A stretch of DNA of 64,000 nt from a virus: IMG/VR virus record IMGVR_UViG_3300022226_000005, positions 3,140 to 67,139 of that record; one strand, 5' to 3'. How positions within the stretch are numbered: the stretch's first letter is position 1; each line of letters begins with the position of its first letter. Both the position numbers and the translations under genes were made by a program. Below the pieces are notes generated by a model. That model was not told the DNA's origin. It did no database searches and saw only the letters and a program-made list of their open reading frames with translations. This document shows, in pieces, positions 35,832-44,704 of the stretch.

Positions 35832-36528
35832 ATTTCTCCAGTATAGCTAGTTTGTTGGTTCCTACTCTTCGTAAAATCCTGTCGACTATTTTTCGGGGAT
35901 TGAATTCGCTGGTTGAGTTTCGGTTCCAGCGAGTTCCACAACCAAATTCCCAGTACATGTCGCCGATGTCGCGCATAAGCTTCAGGTTTTTTACAACGTT
36001 GACGCCGTCGAGTAGGTTTATTAAGGCTTCGATTTCTGCTTCTTTGTTGCCGTAGTGGTATTGTTTTTGGTTGGGGTCGAGGTGGAACGCTTTGTCGCCA
36101 AGTAGGCGTAGTTGGGGCTGAACTATTTTGCGGAAGCGGCGCGTGAGTTTGTGTAGTTCTTTGGTTTTTTCTTTTAGGTCGTCTACATAGATTACGCCTT
36201 CTAGGATGTGCCAGTCGCCGTTTGGTTGGAATTCGATTACTGTGTTATCAGTTAAGAAGTTTTTGTTGAGCTGGAAGGTTCTGGTTTTTGTTTTTTTGAG
36301 GACGAAGTGTTCGTTTGTTAGGACGTTTAGTATGTCGACTGCCGCTTGGTTTAGGTTGTTGCAGGACATAGTTAGATTCCAGCTTCCGTCTGGGCGGGAA
36401 ACGATATCGGCTCCGTAATAGATTTTTACGATAATGTTTTCTGTGCCTTGTTGCTCGTGTACGTGCATGAGCTTGCCGTCACGTTTTTGGTTGCTGAGGA
36501 TTAAGGCTTTGAGGTTAGCGTGGTTCAT
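35773..36528 (-). CDS. Hypothetical protein
   Basis: Long ORF with A-rich coding bias of this arm. Confidence 0.65.
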   Translation of the reverse strand: MNHANLKALILSNQKRDGKLMHVHEQQGTENIIVKIYYGADIVSRPDGSWNLTMSCNNLNQAAVDILNVLTNEHFVLKKTKTRTFQLNKNFLTDNTVIEFQPNGDWHILEGVIYVDDLKEKTKELHKLTRRFRKIVQPQLRLLGDKAFHLDPNQKQYHYGNKEAEIEALINLLDGVNVVKNLKLMRDIGDMYWEFGCGTRWNRNSTSEFNPRKIVDRILRRVGTNKLAILEKYDERKRSTNRSKDRTRRAA

Positions 36529-36779
36529 TCGAGATACTCCTTGACGGCGCTGAATTCTGATAGTCGTTGCATAATGACGCTGGGCGCTAGCGGGTCAGTG
36601 GTTAATTTTAAGACTTTTGCAATCGGAAAGTATGACTTAAACCGGTGAACTTCTTTTTGGTTTTCGTCGTAAATGACAAAATAGTCTCCGCGAGGGGGCG
36701 GGTATAAAAAAAGTGAAAAATAGCGGCCACCTTTGATTCTTCCTTTTGCGAGTTCGGCTGTAATGTTAATTCCGCTCAT
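36525..36779 (-). CDS. Hypothetical protein
   Basis: Packed ORF, GAGGA SD. Confidence 0.55.
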   Translation of the reverse strand: MSGINITAELAKGRIKGGRYFSLFLYPPPRGDYFVIYDENQKEVHRFKSYFPIAKVLKLTTDPLAPSVIMQRLSEFSAVKEYLE

Positions 36780-37008
36780 ATCTTTTCCTCAGATCGGCGA
36801 TTGGTTTTCTGTTTTTGTCGTCGTAGTTTAGGTTGAGGTTTTGGTGTGCTATCCATGCTTTTAGGCGTGGTCTGGCTACCATCTTTAGTTTGTTGTTTTT
36901 ATCTAAGAACCATAGTGAGTTGTTGTGTACACGAAAATACTGGGTGCATTCTAGTAATCGAGCTTTTCCCAGTACCGCTTTTATTTCTTTTTCGGTCCAG
37001 TCAGGCAT
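36766..37008 (-). CDS. Hypothetical protein
   Basis: Packed ORF. Confidence 0.55.
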   Translation of the reverse strand: MPDWTEKEIKAVLGKARLLECTQYFRVHNNSLWFLDKNNKLKMVARPRLKAWIAHQNLNLNYDDKNRKPIADLRKRYERN

Positions 37009-37852
37009 GGTTGGTTGGTAACTGTCTGATTATGGCGTCGGTTTTTTGTATTGCGATTTTTCGTATGACGTCGTCTGTTTTGATGGCTTCGGGGCTTAGA
37101 TTGAACAGGTTGTTTTCAATTTGTTTGGCAATTGCCATGAGTTTTACGTCATCTTCGAAGTTCATTTCTTTGATTTGGTTTACCAGGGTGACGAGGTTTT
37201 CGTGAACCGTAGAACGGTATACGCGACGGCTTGGATTTGCAAGTGTCGTGTAGAGCGAATCGAGGCAGGCAGATGTGCGATTCCATAGGTCGTTCGTTGC
37301 GTGTTTGGTAGCTGTTGAAAGCCGTTTTTCAAGGTCGTCCTGTAGGTCTTTGAGTTGTTGTTCGGGGATGTCAATTCTGAAGTCTCCCTGGTCGGGTACT
37401 GGCGTGATGCGATGTTCGAAGCGGAATCTGCTGCGTACTACGTCGGCGGGTGGGAAGTCTGCGATATCAAACATGTCACCAAGTCGACTCCTGGCATATT
37501 CGATGTAGGTTGGATATCCCACAAGAAACGACTGCAGGGCTTCGTCAAAGTCTTGACGGACTTTACGCATTCGAGCAGTGTATTCGGGGATTTTACGGAT
37601 CGGTAGAATTCGAGTACCTGAGGTTTCGTTCCAGTCGAGTGTGTTGGCGTAGTGGTAGCTTCGGGCTTCATTGATAACCCCTTGAATTTTCTTGAGCGCG
37701 TCTTTATGGAGAAGGTGTTTGTTGAACCGGCCTGCGTCTTTGGCGGCACCGTGTTGTTCGTTGGCTTTGGCGCTGACTTTGCTGTCGAATTTTTGGAATG
37801 TGCATTGTGAGACATTCAGTGTTACTAGGACTGTTTTGGTGTTGAGGCTCAT
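37001..37852 (-). CDS. DUF3150-like protein
   Basis: VLVTLNVSQ, GRFNKHLL, TLDW...RILP, YPT, FPP...RF pattern; next to AAA/VWA genes. Confidence 0.6.
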   Translation of the reverse strand: MSLNTKTVLVTLNVSQCTFQKFDSKVSAKANEQHGAAKDAGRFNKHLLHKDALKKIQGVINEARSYHYANTLDWNETSGTRILPIRKIPEYTARMRKVRQDFDEALQSFLVGYPTYIEYARSRLGDMFDIADFPPADVVRSRFRFEHRITPVPDQGDFRIDIPEQQLKDLQDDLEKRLSTATKHATNDLWNRTSACLDSLYTTLANPSRRVYRSTVHENLVTLVNQIKEMNFEDDVKLMAIAKQIENNLFNLSPEAIKTDDVIRKIAIQKTDAIIRQLPTNHA

Positions 37853-37862
37853 AGTTTATCTC

Positions 37863-38474
37863 CTACGATAAAAATTTTGCTCCGAGTAGTCGGGCTTTGG
37901 CAATTGCAGTGGTTGTGTCTACTTTGGTTTTTATTGGTGTCAGCACTTCGTTTTTGCGGCGAAGGGCTGCTTCTCGCCGTAAGTTTTTCTGGTGTTCGAT
38001 TTCCGCTTTTACGGTATTGAGTTCTAGTGTTTCGGGGTATGCTGTTGTTAGTTGTTTGAGTGTGGGTGTTTCGTTATATTTTGTCCAGAGGTCTCGGCGA
38101 AGTTGGCGTTGTAGTTCTTTTGCTTCGTTCGTGTATTTTTTGTAGCGTGAGTCGGCTCTGGGTTGAACGGTCATTTCTTCGGTGTCGCCATGAAGTTCCA
38201 GGTCTGCAGATATGCGGGTTATACCTTGTTTCATTAGTGGTACTTCACGTGGTAAGTTATAGCTGTTTCCGACGAAGACGTCGAATATTTTTATTGTTTT
38301 TTCCAGTTTGTTTTTCTTACTGGTTGAGGTGTTTAGATACGGTGTGGAGTTTAAAATTAGCGCTGCCATTTCTTCTGGGCTTGGGTGCTTTGGTAGGTCG
38401 CATTCCTGGTTTAATTCTGTTTTTTCTACTTGTTCTTTAATAATTCGTTCAAGTAAGCTGATTGATAATCGCAT
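37863..38474 (-). CDS. Hypothetical protein, Nmad5-like
   Basis: TLKQLTTAYPE motif; AGGAG SD. Confidence 0.45.
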   Translation of the reverse strand: MRLSISLLERIIKEQVEKTELNQECDLPKHPSPEEMAALILNSTPYLNTSTSKKNKLEKTIKIFDVFVGNSYNLPREVPLMKQGITRISADLELHGDTEEMTVQPRADSRYKKYTNEAKELQRQLRRDLWTKYNETPTLKQLTTAYPETLELNTVKAEIEHQKNLRREAALRRKNEVLTPIKTKVDTTTAIAKARLLGAKFLS

Positions 38475-38949
38475 TTGGGAGGAACCTTTTTAGTTCGGGA
38501 AAACGTATGAGTGCTTTTTCGATTGTTGTTTCTCGTAAAGCTTCGCTTGCTGCTTCGAGCAGGGCTTCTCTAGCTGTGGCGAGTTCGCGAACCCGCTCGT
38601 GATATTTTTGTATTGCGGGCGGGATACTGTTGGTTTTTACATAGAGTCTTGTATAGTAGCCGCCGCCGCTGATGGTGTCGTCGTTGTATTCTTTTGCGTT
38701 GAGTGCGCCGTATTTATTGGGTGGTAGGTTTACGTTCCATAGATTGACGTTGTGGTCTGTGCTGAACATTACGCGCCGCCAGATATCTTCATAGAAATGG
38801 GGGTGAATTTCTTTGTCTATTTTGTATTTTTCTAGTAGCGGTAAAGATTCCTGGTAGTAGTCAGGCTCTTTGATTTTTTCTTTGGCTTGGTTGAAAAAAT
38901 TATTGATGCTGAGCCTGACTAAGGAGCGTATTTCGTTGTTTGTTCTCAC
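38449..38949 (-). CDS. Hypothetical protein, Nmad5-like
   Basis: C-terminal TIEKALIRFPELKRFLP; GTGA overlap with the AAA gene stop. Confidence 0.45.
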   Translation of the reverse strand: MRTNNEIRSLVRLSINNFFNQAKEKIKEPDYYQESLPLLEKYKIDKEIHPHFYEDIWRRVMFSTDHNVNLWNVNLPPNKYGALNAKEYNDDTISGGGYYTRLYVKTNSIPPAIQKYHERVRELATAREALLEAASEALRETTIEKALIRFPELKRFLPNAIINQLT

Positions 38950-39932
38950 AGAAGAATGTCCGTGTTGTCCGCGATCCATTCGGCCATTTCCTTGGTTTCG
39001 AGAAGATCGGGTGAGCGTTGGATAGTCATCTTGACTGTCGGGACTTGGAACTCATCTGGCATGCGGCGCAGGTATTCGTTGACTTTTGGGATGTTCTTTT
39101 CGGTCATGTGTTCTGAGAGCATGCCTGCGGTGGCGTATAGCGATGCTGGTTCTGAGGGCATTGGTGTGCCTTGGGGATCTTTTTCGATTGATTCGATGTC
39201 CGGTAGGTCACGGTAAATTCGGATATAGGACATGAATTCGCCAGCTGCAGCTTCGCCGACGGCGGCAATCAGCATTTCGTATTCCAGGTCTGGTGTTGCG
39301 TTATCCAGGATGCGAGATGCGTAAGCCCATGTACGCGGTGTTGCGAAAGAGCGGTGATCTTTGCCGGGATCGTGGTCGTGTAGCATTTCCGGGCGGAACC
39401 GCATGAAAGATACGATTTCGGGGCGGATATTGTTGTTGTTCGCCCAGTTGACCCAGTCGTTCAGCTGCGGTTCGAAATCCACGTGAATCAGCCTGTTGTT
39501 CAGCGCTGAGGACATTTTGTTTGCGAGAGCCCGATCTTGTGCGCGGTTACCGGCACAGATGATTCTCCATCCTTCGGGGAGTTCGTAGTCGCCTACTTTG
39601 CGGTCCAGGATCAGTTGGTATGCTGCGGCTTGGACAGAGTGCGAGGCTTGGTTGATCTCGTCGAAGAACATGATTCCTTCGGGCTCAACATCGGGGTTTG
39701 GCAGGAAGTGTGGTACGTTCCAGATGGTGTAGCCGTCTAGGCAGGAAGGAATACCTCGGATGTCGACGGGGTCCATTTGTGAGAGGCGTATGTCTCTTAC
39801 GGGGATGCCGAGGGAGGCTCCGATTTGGAAAACAGTTTCGGATTTACCTACTCCGGGTGCACCCCATATCATGACGGGGATGTCAGCGTTGAGGCCTACT
39901 TGGATTGCGCTTGCAGCTTTGGACGGGTTCAT
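38946..39932 (-). CDS. MoxR-type AAA+ ATPase
   Basis: GAPGVGKS, DIRGIP, FFDEINQA, AGN, ALNNRL, TPRTW. Confidence 0.92.
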   Translation of the reverse strand: MNPSKAASAIQVGLNADIPVMIWGAPGVGKSETVFQIGASLGIPVRDIRLSQMDPVDIRGIPSCLDGYTIWNVPHFLPNPDVEPEGIMFFDEINQASHSVQAAAYQLILDRKVGDYELPEGWRIICAGNRAQDRALANKMSSALNNRLIHVDFEPQLNDWVNWANNNNIRPEIVSFMRFRPEMLHDHDPGKDHRSFATPRTWAYASRILDNATPDLEYEMLIAAVGEAAAGEFMSYIRIYRDLPDIESIEKDPQGTPMPSEPASLYATAGMLSEHMTEKNIPKVNEYLRRMPDEFQVPTVKMTIQRSPDLLETKEMAEWIADNTDILL

Positions 39933-39941
39933 ATTTTGCTC

Positions 39942-40289
39942 CTAGTGAAGTTTGCTTGGGTCGGGTTTGCCCTTTAGTTCTCCGGTGTCGCCGTCAACTT
40001 GTTTGACGCCTTCTACGTCACCAGCTTCGATGGCTTTCTTGAGAACTTCGGGGAGTTGTTCAAGGGTTTTCTGGATGATTCGCGGTATTTGATCAACCGC
40101 GTCCAGGGTGGTTGTGATAACAATCACTTGCTCGGCCGGTTGGGTCAAGACCATTGCATTTCTCTGGTCTGTTTCTTTGTAAAGCTGGCAGATGACTGAG
40201 GATAGGATTGCGATGCCTTTTTCCGGACCCATTGCTTTGAGGCAGGATTCGGTTAGGGCTTCGATGGTTTGTACATCACTTTTGCTCAT
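39942..40289 (-). CDS. Hypothetical protein
   Basis: GGAG SD before ATG 40289. Confidence 0.65.
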   Translation of the reverse strand: MSKSDVQTIEALTESCLKAMGPEKGIAILSSVICQLYKETDQRNAMVLTQPAEQVIVITTTLDAVDQIPRIIQKTLEQLPEVLKKAIEAGDVEGVKQVDGDTGELKGKPDPSKLH

Positions 40290-40309
40290 AATTTTTCTCC
40301 GGTTAGAAT

Positions 40310-40344
40310 AAAAAACGCCCACGGCAGTCGTAGCTGCGTGGGCG
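40310..40344 (-). terminator. Intrinsic terminator
   Basis: CGCCCAC..GCAG / CTGC.GTGGGCG hairpin followed by a T-run on the minus strand. Confidence 0.7.
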
Positions 40345-40375
40345 AAGAAAAGCTAGGTTAGAGGAGGTAGGTTAC

Positions 40376-40729
40376 CTAGCTTTTGTGCTCGTCAATAATT
40401 TTTGTTAGATCTTTGACTATGGTTTTGGCTACTTCTTCGTCTATTTTTAAGACTGATGGTTTTGTTTCGCCTTTGAGGCCGTCAACCAGTTTCTCTATGA
40501 TAGACGATGCTGCTTCCTCTTGTTTTTTCATAGCCGTGTATATCATGTAGCCATGTTTGTACCATTTGAATGTCGTATATGCATGTATGCCACTCAGAAA
40601 CCCCATCATGATGAATGCGGCGTCCGCACGATTTATCGGGTCTCCGGAGTTGATGCTCATGAAATACATTGTTGATATAGCTGCAATAAGGATTGCCGGG
40701 ACTAGTAAAAGCTTTATTGTGGGGTTCAT
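40376..40729 (-). CDS. Membrane protein with two TM helices
   Basis: Two hydrophobic segments then a charged tail. Confidence 0.7.
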   Translation of the reverse strand: MNPTIKLLLVPAILIAAISTMYFMSINSGDPINRADAAFIMMGFLSGIHAYTTFKWYKHGYMIYTAMKKQEEAASSIIEKLVDGLKGETKPSVLKIDEEVAKTIVKDLTKIIDEHKS

Positions 40730-40749
40730 ATTTTTCTCCGGGCACGGTT

Positions 40750-41304
40750 TTATCCGTGTAGTTGGTGGTAACAGTGTTGGACCATTATGGCCTGTTTGAT
40801 TGCATCATCTCGTGCATCGTGCGCGGTGCCCGATTCCACGTTGGGCATGGGGTCATCTGGGTATGCGAGTTCGATAGTTGTTCTGAGAGACCGGTGCTGA
40901 TGGTATGCAAAAGGTGAATTATCATTAATTGACTTAAAAGCATGATTGAGAATGACGATATCAAAATCAGGGTCGTTTGCATAGTATCTGTCTGCTGTTT
41001 TGCTTTCTAACCACATTCTGTATTTTAGAAGGGCTGTGTTAAGGGGCATCAGAGGATCACGGAAGAGTGATTTCTGGGCGTCTTTTGATTGTTTGAGCCA
41101 CCACTCAATTGTGCTGGCGCTCATGGTTCGCCCGAATTTTTCGTTTGATTCGAGCGAAATGTTTACGTTGAACGAGTGTTTTGCTAGAGATTCGTGCGAA
41201 TCTTTTCCCGCTACATCGAAGTGGACGGCACCGATGGATACGATGGCGGCGGTTGGTATGACGTCCATCGTTTCGATGTCGACCATTATTGCGGGTCTTT
41301 TCAA
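40750..41304 (-). CDS. DEDDh 3'-5' exo(ribo)nuclease
   Basis: MVDIET, IVSIGAV, TIEWW, FDIVIL, HDARDDA; GGAG SD and TTGA overlap. Confidence 0.88.
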   Translation of the reverse strand: MKRPAIMVDIETMDVIPTAAIVSIGAVHFDVAGKDSHESLAKHSFNVNISLESNEKFGRTMSASTIEWWLKQSKDAQKSLFRDPLMPLNTALLKYRMWLESKTADRYYANDPDFDIVILNHAFKSINDNSPFAYHQHRSLRTTIELAYPDDPMPNVESGTAHDARDDAIKQAIMVQHCYHQLHG

Positions 41305-42029
41305 GTTAGAACTCCGGTTACGGTTATTGATATGCGGAGTTTGATTCCCGCATTTGCTGTAAGGTGCCAAACACATGGTGGGGAATCCCAGACGTCGCCT
41401 GATTTCCAATTAGTGACGAATGTTTCTTTCATTTGTATGATGTGCCCAATGTGCCAGTCTGATACGGCAATGATGCGGCGGCCGATAAGACCTAGATCGC
41501 ATTTTGAGTTTGCGCGAGCTTCGGCGGCTGTCATATTTTTTTCAGTGAATTCAGACGCCATTACTAGGTGTGGGTTGATGTGTGCGTTTCTGTCGCGCCA
41601 GCCTTGCATCGTGTCTGAGTGCCAGGGGATTATTGATCCGGGTGGCATTACGAGTAGGCGGCATAGGCAGTTGTCCCATTGCATTCCTATTTTTTCGAAG
41701 GCTTCTTTTCCTCCTATTAGGGCTTTTATGTCGTTGTTGCTTGTGCCGAGTACGCCCCAGTTTGCGTGGTATGTGTTGTTTTCGTCGTAGCCTACTGTGG
41801 CTGGTAGCCCGCTACCTTTGATGGTTTCTCCATAGTGGTAGTCTTGGAGTTTTACGCAGTGTTCCTGGCATATGTCTCGGTTATCTAGCATATATTCGTA
41901 AACTGTGGGGTATAGGTTTCCCAAATTTGTTATGTGTTCGATTTGGTGGTGCCCGGTAGATAGTCCGTTTTGGGTATAGTCTAGCCATTTTTGCCCACTT
42001 CCGTTTTCAATGTAGTCCCAGAGATTCAT
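41301..42029 (-). CDS. Cupin / Fe(II)-2OG oxygenase-like protein
   Basis: RLLVMPPGSIIPWHSD (HxD), W..GDVW, WHLTANAG, distal R in RISITVTG. Confidence 0.75.
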   Translation of the reverse strand: MNLWDYIENGSGQKWLDYTQNGLSTGHHQIEHITNLGNLYPTVYEYMLDNRDICQEHCVKLQDYHYGETIKGSGLPATVGYDENNTYHANWGVLGTSNNDIKALIGGKEAFEKIGMQWDNCLCRLLVMPPGSIIPWHSDTMQGWRDRNAHINPHLVMASEFTEKNMTAAEARANSKCDLGLIGRRIIAVSDWHIGHIIQMKETFVTNWKSGDVWDSPPCVWHLTANAGIKLRISITVTGVLT

Positions 42030-42241
42030 TGTGCCCTCTTGATTTCTTGTAGAGATTCGGCGATTGTGGACATTTGGTGAGCTATCATAGCTAGCGCTGT
42101 TGTCATTTCGGTTAGGTTTGTGTTTATTATTGCAAGTTCACATTGGGTTGCTGTGAGCTTGCTCGTTAATCCGTTCGTTAGTCCGTAAATAGCATCTGCG
42201 GTTTCTGATGCGTAGCTTGATCCGCCGTGGTTTGTCATCAT
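42026..42241 (-). CDS. Small coiled-coil protein
   Basis: Packed ORF. Confidence 0.55.
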   Translation of the reverse strand: MMTNHGGSSYASETADAIYGLTNGLTSKLTATQCELAIINTNLTEMTTALAMIAHQMSTIAESLQEIKRAQ

Positions 42242-42588
42242 AGTTTAGGCCTTAGTATATCGTGTTTTTCCTCGCTTATATAGGTTATTCTTGCTGATTC
42301 TACGTTGGGGCAGTTATTTAATATGCCTATTGCTGCCCATAGTGGTGTTTGGAAGTGTATCCATGGTGGTAGTATTAGCAGGTTTTTTACAAACCAAGCG
42401 CCTGTTATTTCTCCTTTGAGCATTGTTTGTTGTACTGTGTCGTTTTTACTTTTTATTTCTATGTGTGCCGTATAATCTGTTGTTATTTCGCCTTCTTTTG
42501 GAGAGTAGTATTCGATGTATTTTTTAACTCCTAGCAGGCGGTAGTGTGCTTGGTATTCTTTTTGGATTTTTCGGCGGTCAGCGATCAT
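42238..42588 (-). CDS. Hypothetical protein
   Basis: Packed ORF. Confidence 0.6.
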   Translation of the reverse strand: MIADRRKIQKEYQAHYRLLGVKKYIEYYSPKEGEITTDYTAHIEIKSKNDTVQQTMLKGEITGAWFVKNLLILPPWIHFQTPLWAAIGILNNCPNVESARITYISEEKHDILRPKL

Positions 42589-42827
42589 TTTAGTGCACTT
42601 TCAAGTAGGCGGCGTTTTCCGAGTAGTTCATCAGCTTGTTTTTTGAAAAACTCCCAGTCGCTTGCTAAGATTTGTACTTTTGTTGAGCCTTGGGTAATTT
42701 CCAGGCGAAGCTTGCTGTGCGCCATGCTTGCGCCCAAATGGGTGCGTTTTAGTGAGCCGTCGCATGCGCTGTGTTCTATGCTGTGGCCTATTACGCGTGG
42801 CGATATTGGTGTTTTAGCTGTTGGCAT
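42585..42827 (-). CDS. Hypothetical protein (paralogue of 43039..43293)
   Basis: DWEFFKKQADELLGKRRLL. Confidence 0.65.
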   Translation of the reverse strand: MPTAKTPISPRVIGHSIEHSACDGSLKRTHLGASMAHSKLRLEITQGSTKVQILASDWEFFKKQADELLGKRRLLESALK

Positions 42828-43042
42828 TATGGGTGTGTTATGGCTGGGTGTTTTTGGTCTTCGAAGTCGATGTGAATGAGGTTACAGTCGTGGCGACGGC
42901 ACCATACTTGTAAACCTTTTTCTGTAAAGCCGAATTCAAGATCGGCCCATACAGCAGGTGAAACTCCGTCAGGGATTTCTTGGAGGCACATGCCGCAGTG
43001 GAAGTAGGAGATGATTTCATTTGGTACCTTCGCGTTTGTCAT
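42827..43042 (-). CDS. Small Cys/His protein, possible Zn finger
   Basis: HCGMC...WCRRH. Confidence 0.65.
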   Translation of the reverse strand: MTNAKVPNEIISYFHCGMCLQEIPDGVSPAVWADLEFGFTEKGLQVWCRRHDCNLIHIDFEDQKHPAITHP

Positions 43043-43293
43043 TTTAGTAATCTCTTTTTTGCTATGAGTTCCTCAACTTGTTTTTTCAGGAACTCCCAGT
43101 CTTCGGTGAAGATGACAATTTTGCTTTTGTCATCGCGGCTTTGCGCAAGGGATAAATACTGCCGCCCATCCTGATTGATAAGGATGTTGACAAGCGTACG
43201 TGTCTGTGTGGGGTTAGGCGTGTCTTTGTGGGCGATGACAACTCCTGATATATGTGTGGGGGTAGCATCTGAGCTACCGTTGTTGCTGGTCAT
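43039..43293 (-). CDS. Hypothetical protein (paralogue of 42585..42827)
   Basis: DWEFLKKQVEELIAKKRLL; AGGA SD. Confidence 0.65.
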   Translation of the reverse strand: MTSNNGSSDATPTHISGVVIAHKDTPNPTQTRTLVNILINQDGRQYLSLAQSRDDKSKIVIFTEDWEFLKKQVEELIAKKRLLK

Positions 43294-43669
43294 GGTTTTT
43301 TCCTGTGTGGTAGTCATTGATTCCGAGCATTTCCCATTCGAAATGAATTTCGCGATGGCAGTTTGAACATAAGAGGTCACACTTTTGGAGTTCCGCGATA
43401 AGTGAAGCGTATGATTTTCCAAGCGATGTTCCAATACTGAATGTTTTCTCCGAGGGGACGCGGTGGTGAAATTCTAGAGCAGATATGCACTGGTTGTATC
43501 CGCAGATTTTGCACGATCCACCCAAAGTTTTTATGCACCAAAGTTTTTTCTTTTTGCGGTGTTTGGTGACAGCTTCTTGATTGCATTTGCGGCATCTCCA
43601 GCGCTTGTCATTCCACATGTGTTCGGTGTCGCCGTGGATGGCACATTTGTGTGTTTGGCTTGGGTTCAA
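43274..43669 (-). CDS. HNH endonuclease
   Basis: C..CG, ALEFHH, CDLLCSNCHREIH. Confidence 0.88.
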   Translation of the reverse strand: MNPSQTHKCAIHGDTEHMWNDKRWRCRKCNQEAVTKHRKKKKLWCIKTLGGSCKICGYNQCISALEFHHRVPSEKTFSIGTSLGKSYASLIAELQKCDLLCSNCHREIHFEWEMLGINDYHTGKNHDQQQR

Positions 43670-43680
43670 ATTATTGCCTT

Positions 43681-44196
43681 TTAGTTATCGAACCAATATA
43701 CGAGCCGAATGTGGTCCATGTTTTGTTTTTCGATAACATGGGGCCATTTGAGTTTGCGCTTGATGTGTGCTTCTACGCGTTCGTGCATTGGGCCTAGTGG
43801 TGAGTCCGCCCCGCGAAGTACGCGGTACTGTGCCACGAGGAGTCGAAACTCTGTTATGGTTATGTGGTTGGCGGAGTGTGCGTCGGCACCCCAGCGTTTG
43901 TATAAGGTGTCGTTTTTTGAGCATGCGTCGTCAGGCCACCCGCGTTTTTTGGCGGTGGGGCCTTCTGGTTCGTAGCGAACTCCAGGCGAGAGGATACCGA
44001 ATTTTTGGTACCAGCGGTGGTCGTCGATTTCGGACACGACCCACGGGCCTTCCCATGATATGTCTTCGATTTCTTCATCGGTGGCGTCGGGGCTAGGCTC
44101 GCGGTAGTATTCGTTCCGTTCCCATAGATCGAAGGTTTCCCATTTTTTGGTGGTTTCGCTGTAAATTTCGCTGTAAAGATGTATATCGCATCCCAT
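43681..44196 (-). CDS. Conserved phage hypothetical protein
   Basis: MGCDIH start, RG.P.D, RLVYWFDN end. Confidence 0.8.
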   Translation of the reverse strand: MGCDIHLYSEIYSETTKKWETFDLWERNEYYREPSPDATDEEIEDISWEGPWVVSEIDDHRWYQKFGILSPGVRYEPEGPTAKKRGWPDDACSKNDTLYKRWGADAHSANHITITEFRLLVAQYRVLRGADSPLGPMHERVEAHIKRKLKWPHVIEKQNMDHIRLVYWFDN

Positions 44197-44219
44197 GGTT
44201 TTTTCCTTATTGAATATAA

Positions 44220-44311
44220 TAGAACCGATCGGATTCGAACCGATGTCTGCTCAATCCGCCCTTATTACCAGGCTTCAAGCGAGCCGTGTTTCCTTATTAC
44301 ACCACGGTTGT
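44220..44311 (-). tRNA. tRNA-like element with 19-nt anticodon-loop insertion (nominal Ser-UGA)
   Basis: D stem GTGT/ACAC, anticodon stem GCTCG/TGAGC enclosing 26 nt, T arm ATCGG-TTCGAAT-CCGAT; C-C mismatch at 2:71; no CCA. Confidence 0.55.
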
Positions 44312-44362
44312 TTGGGCTACGAGCCCACCTCCGTACACGCTTCTCATAAGCGCTTTGAGGGT

Positions 44363-44593
44363 TCATTTGGTAGGGTGTTTCGCTAGTTGGCTTTTCAGGT
44401 TGCGTACCTGATAGGCGCGTTTGGCGAGCGCTTTGTTGGCGCGTTGGACTTCACCCAGGTAAATAAGTGATTGTAGGCGGTAACGATCGGCGAGGCGAGC
44501 GTTTTCTGTGGCCAGGTTTTTGTAGTAGCCGAGATGGCCTTCGAAGTTGGGTTGTTCGGGTTTTTCGATGAGTTTCAGGTGTTGTTGGGACAT
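44363..44593 (-). CDS. Small coiled-coil protein
   Basis: GAGGA SD before ATG 44593. Confidence 0.6.
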   Translation of the reverse strand: MSQQHLKLIEKPEQPNFEGHLGYYKNLATENARLADRYRLQSLIYLGEVQRANKALAKRAYQVRNLKSQLAKHPTK

Positions 44594-44628
44594 GTTGTTT
44601 CCTCTTGGTATGTGCGAAGTGCGAAGTG

Positions 44629-44698
44629 CGTAGCGCCACGGGATCGAACCGCGCCGTTTTAGTTTTGGAAACTTAACCGCCCCTTGGCTGAGCGCTAC
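44629..44698 (-). tRNA. tRNA-Trp(CCA)-like with reduced D arm
   Basis: Perfect acceptor GTAGCGC/GCGCTAC, T arm CGCGG-TTCGATC-CCGTG, loop TTCCAAA; 3-bp D stem with 4-nt loop; no CCA. Confidence 0.6.
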
Positions 44699-44704
44699 AT
44701 TGGT

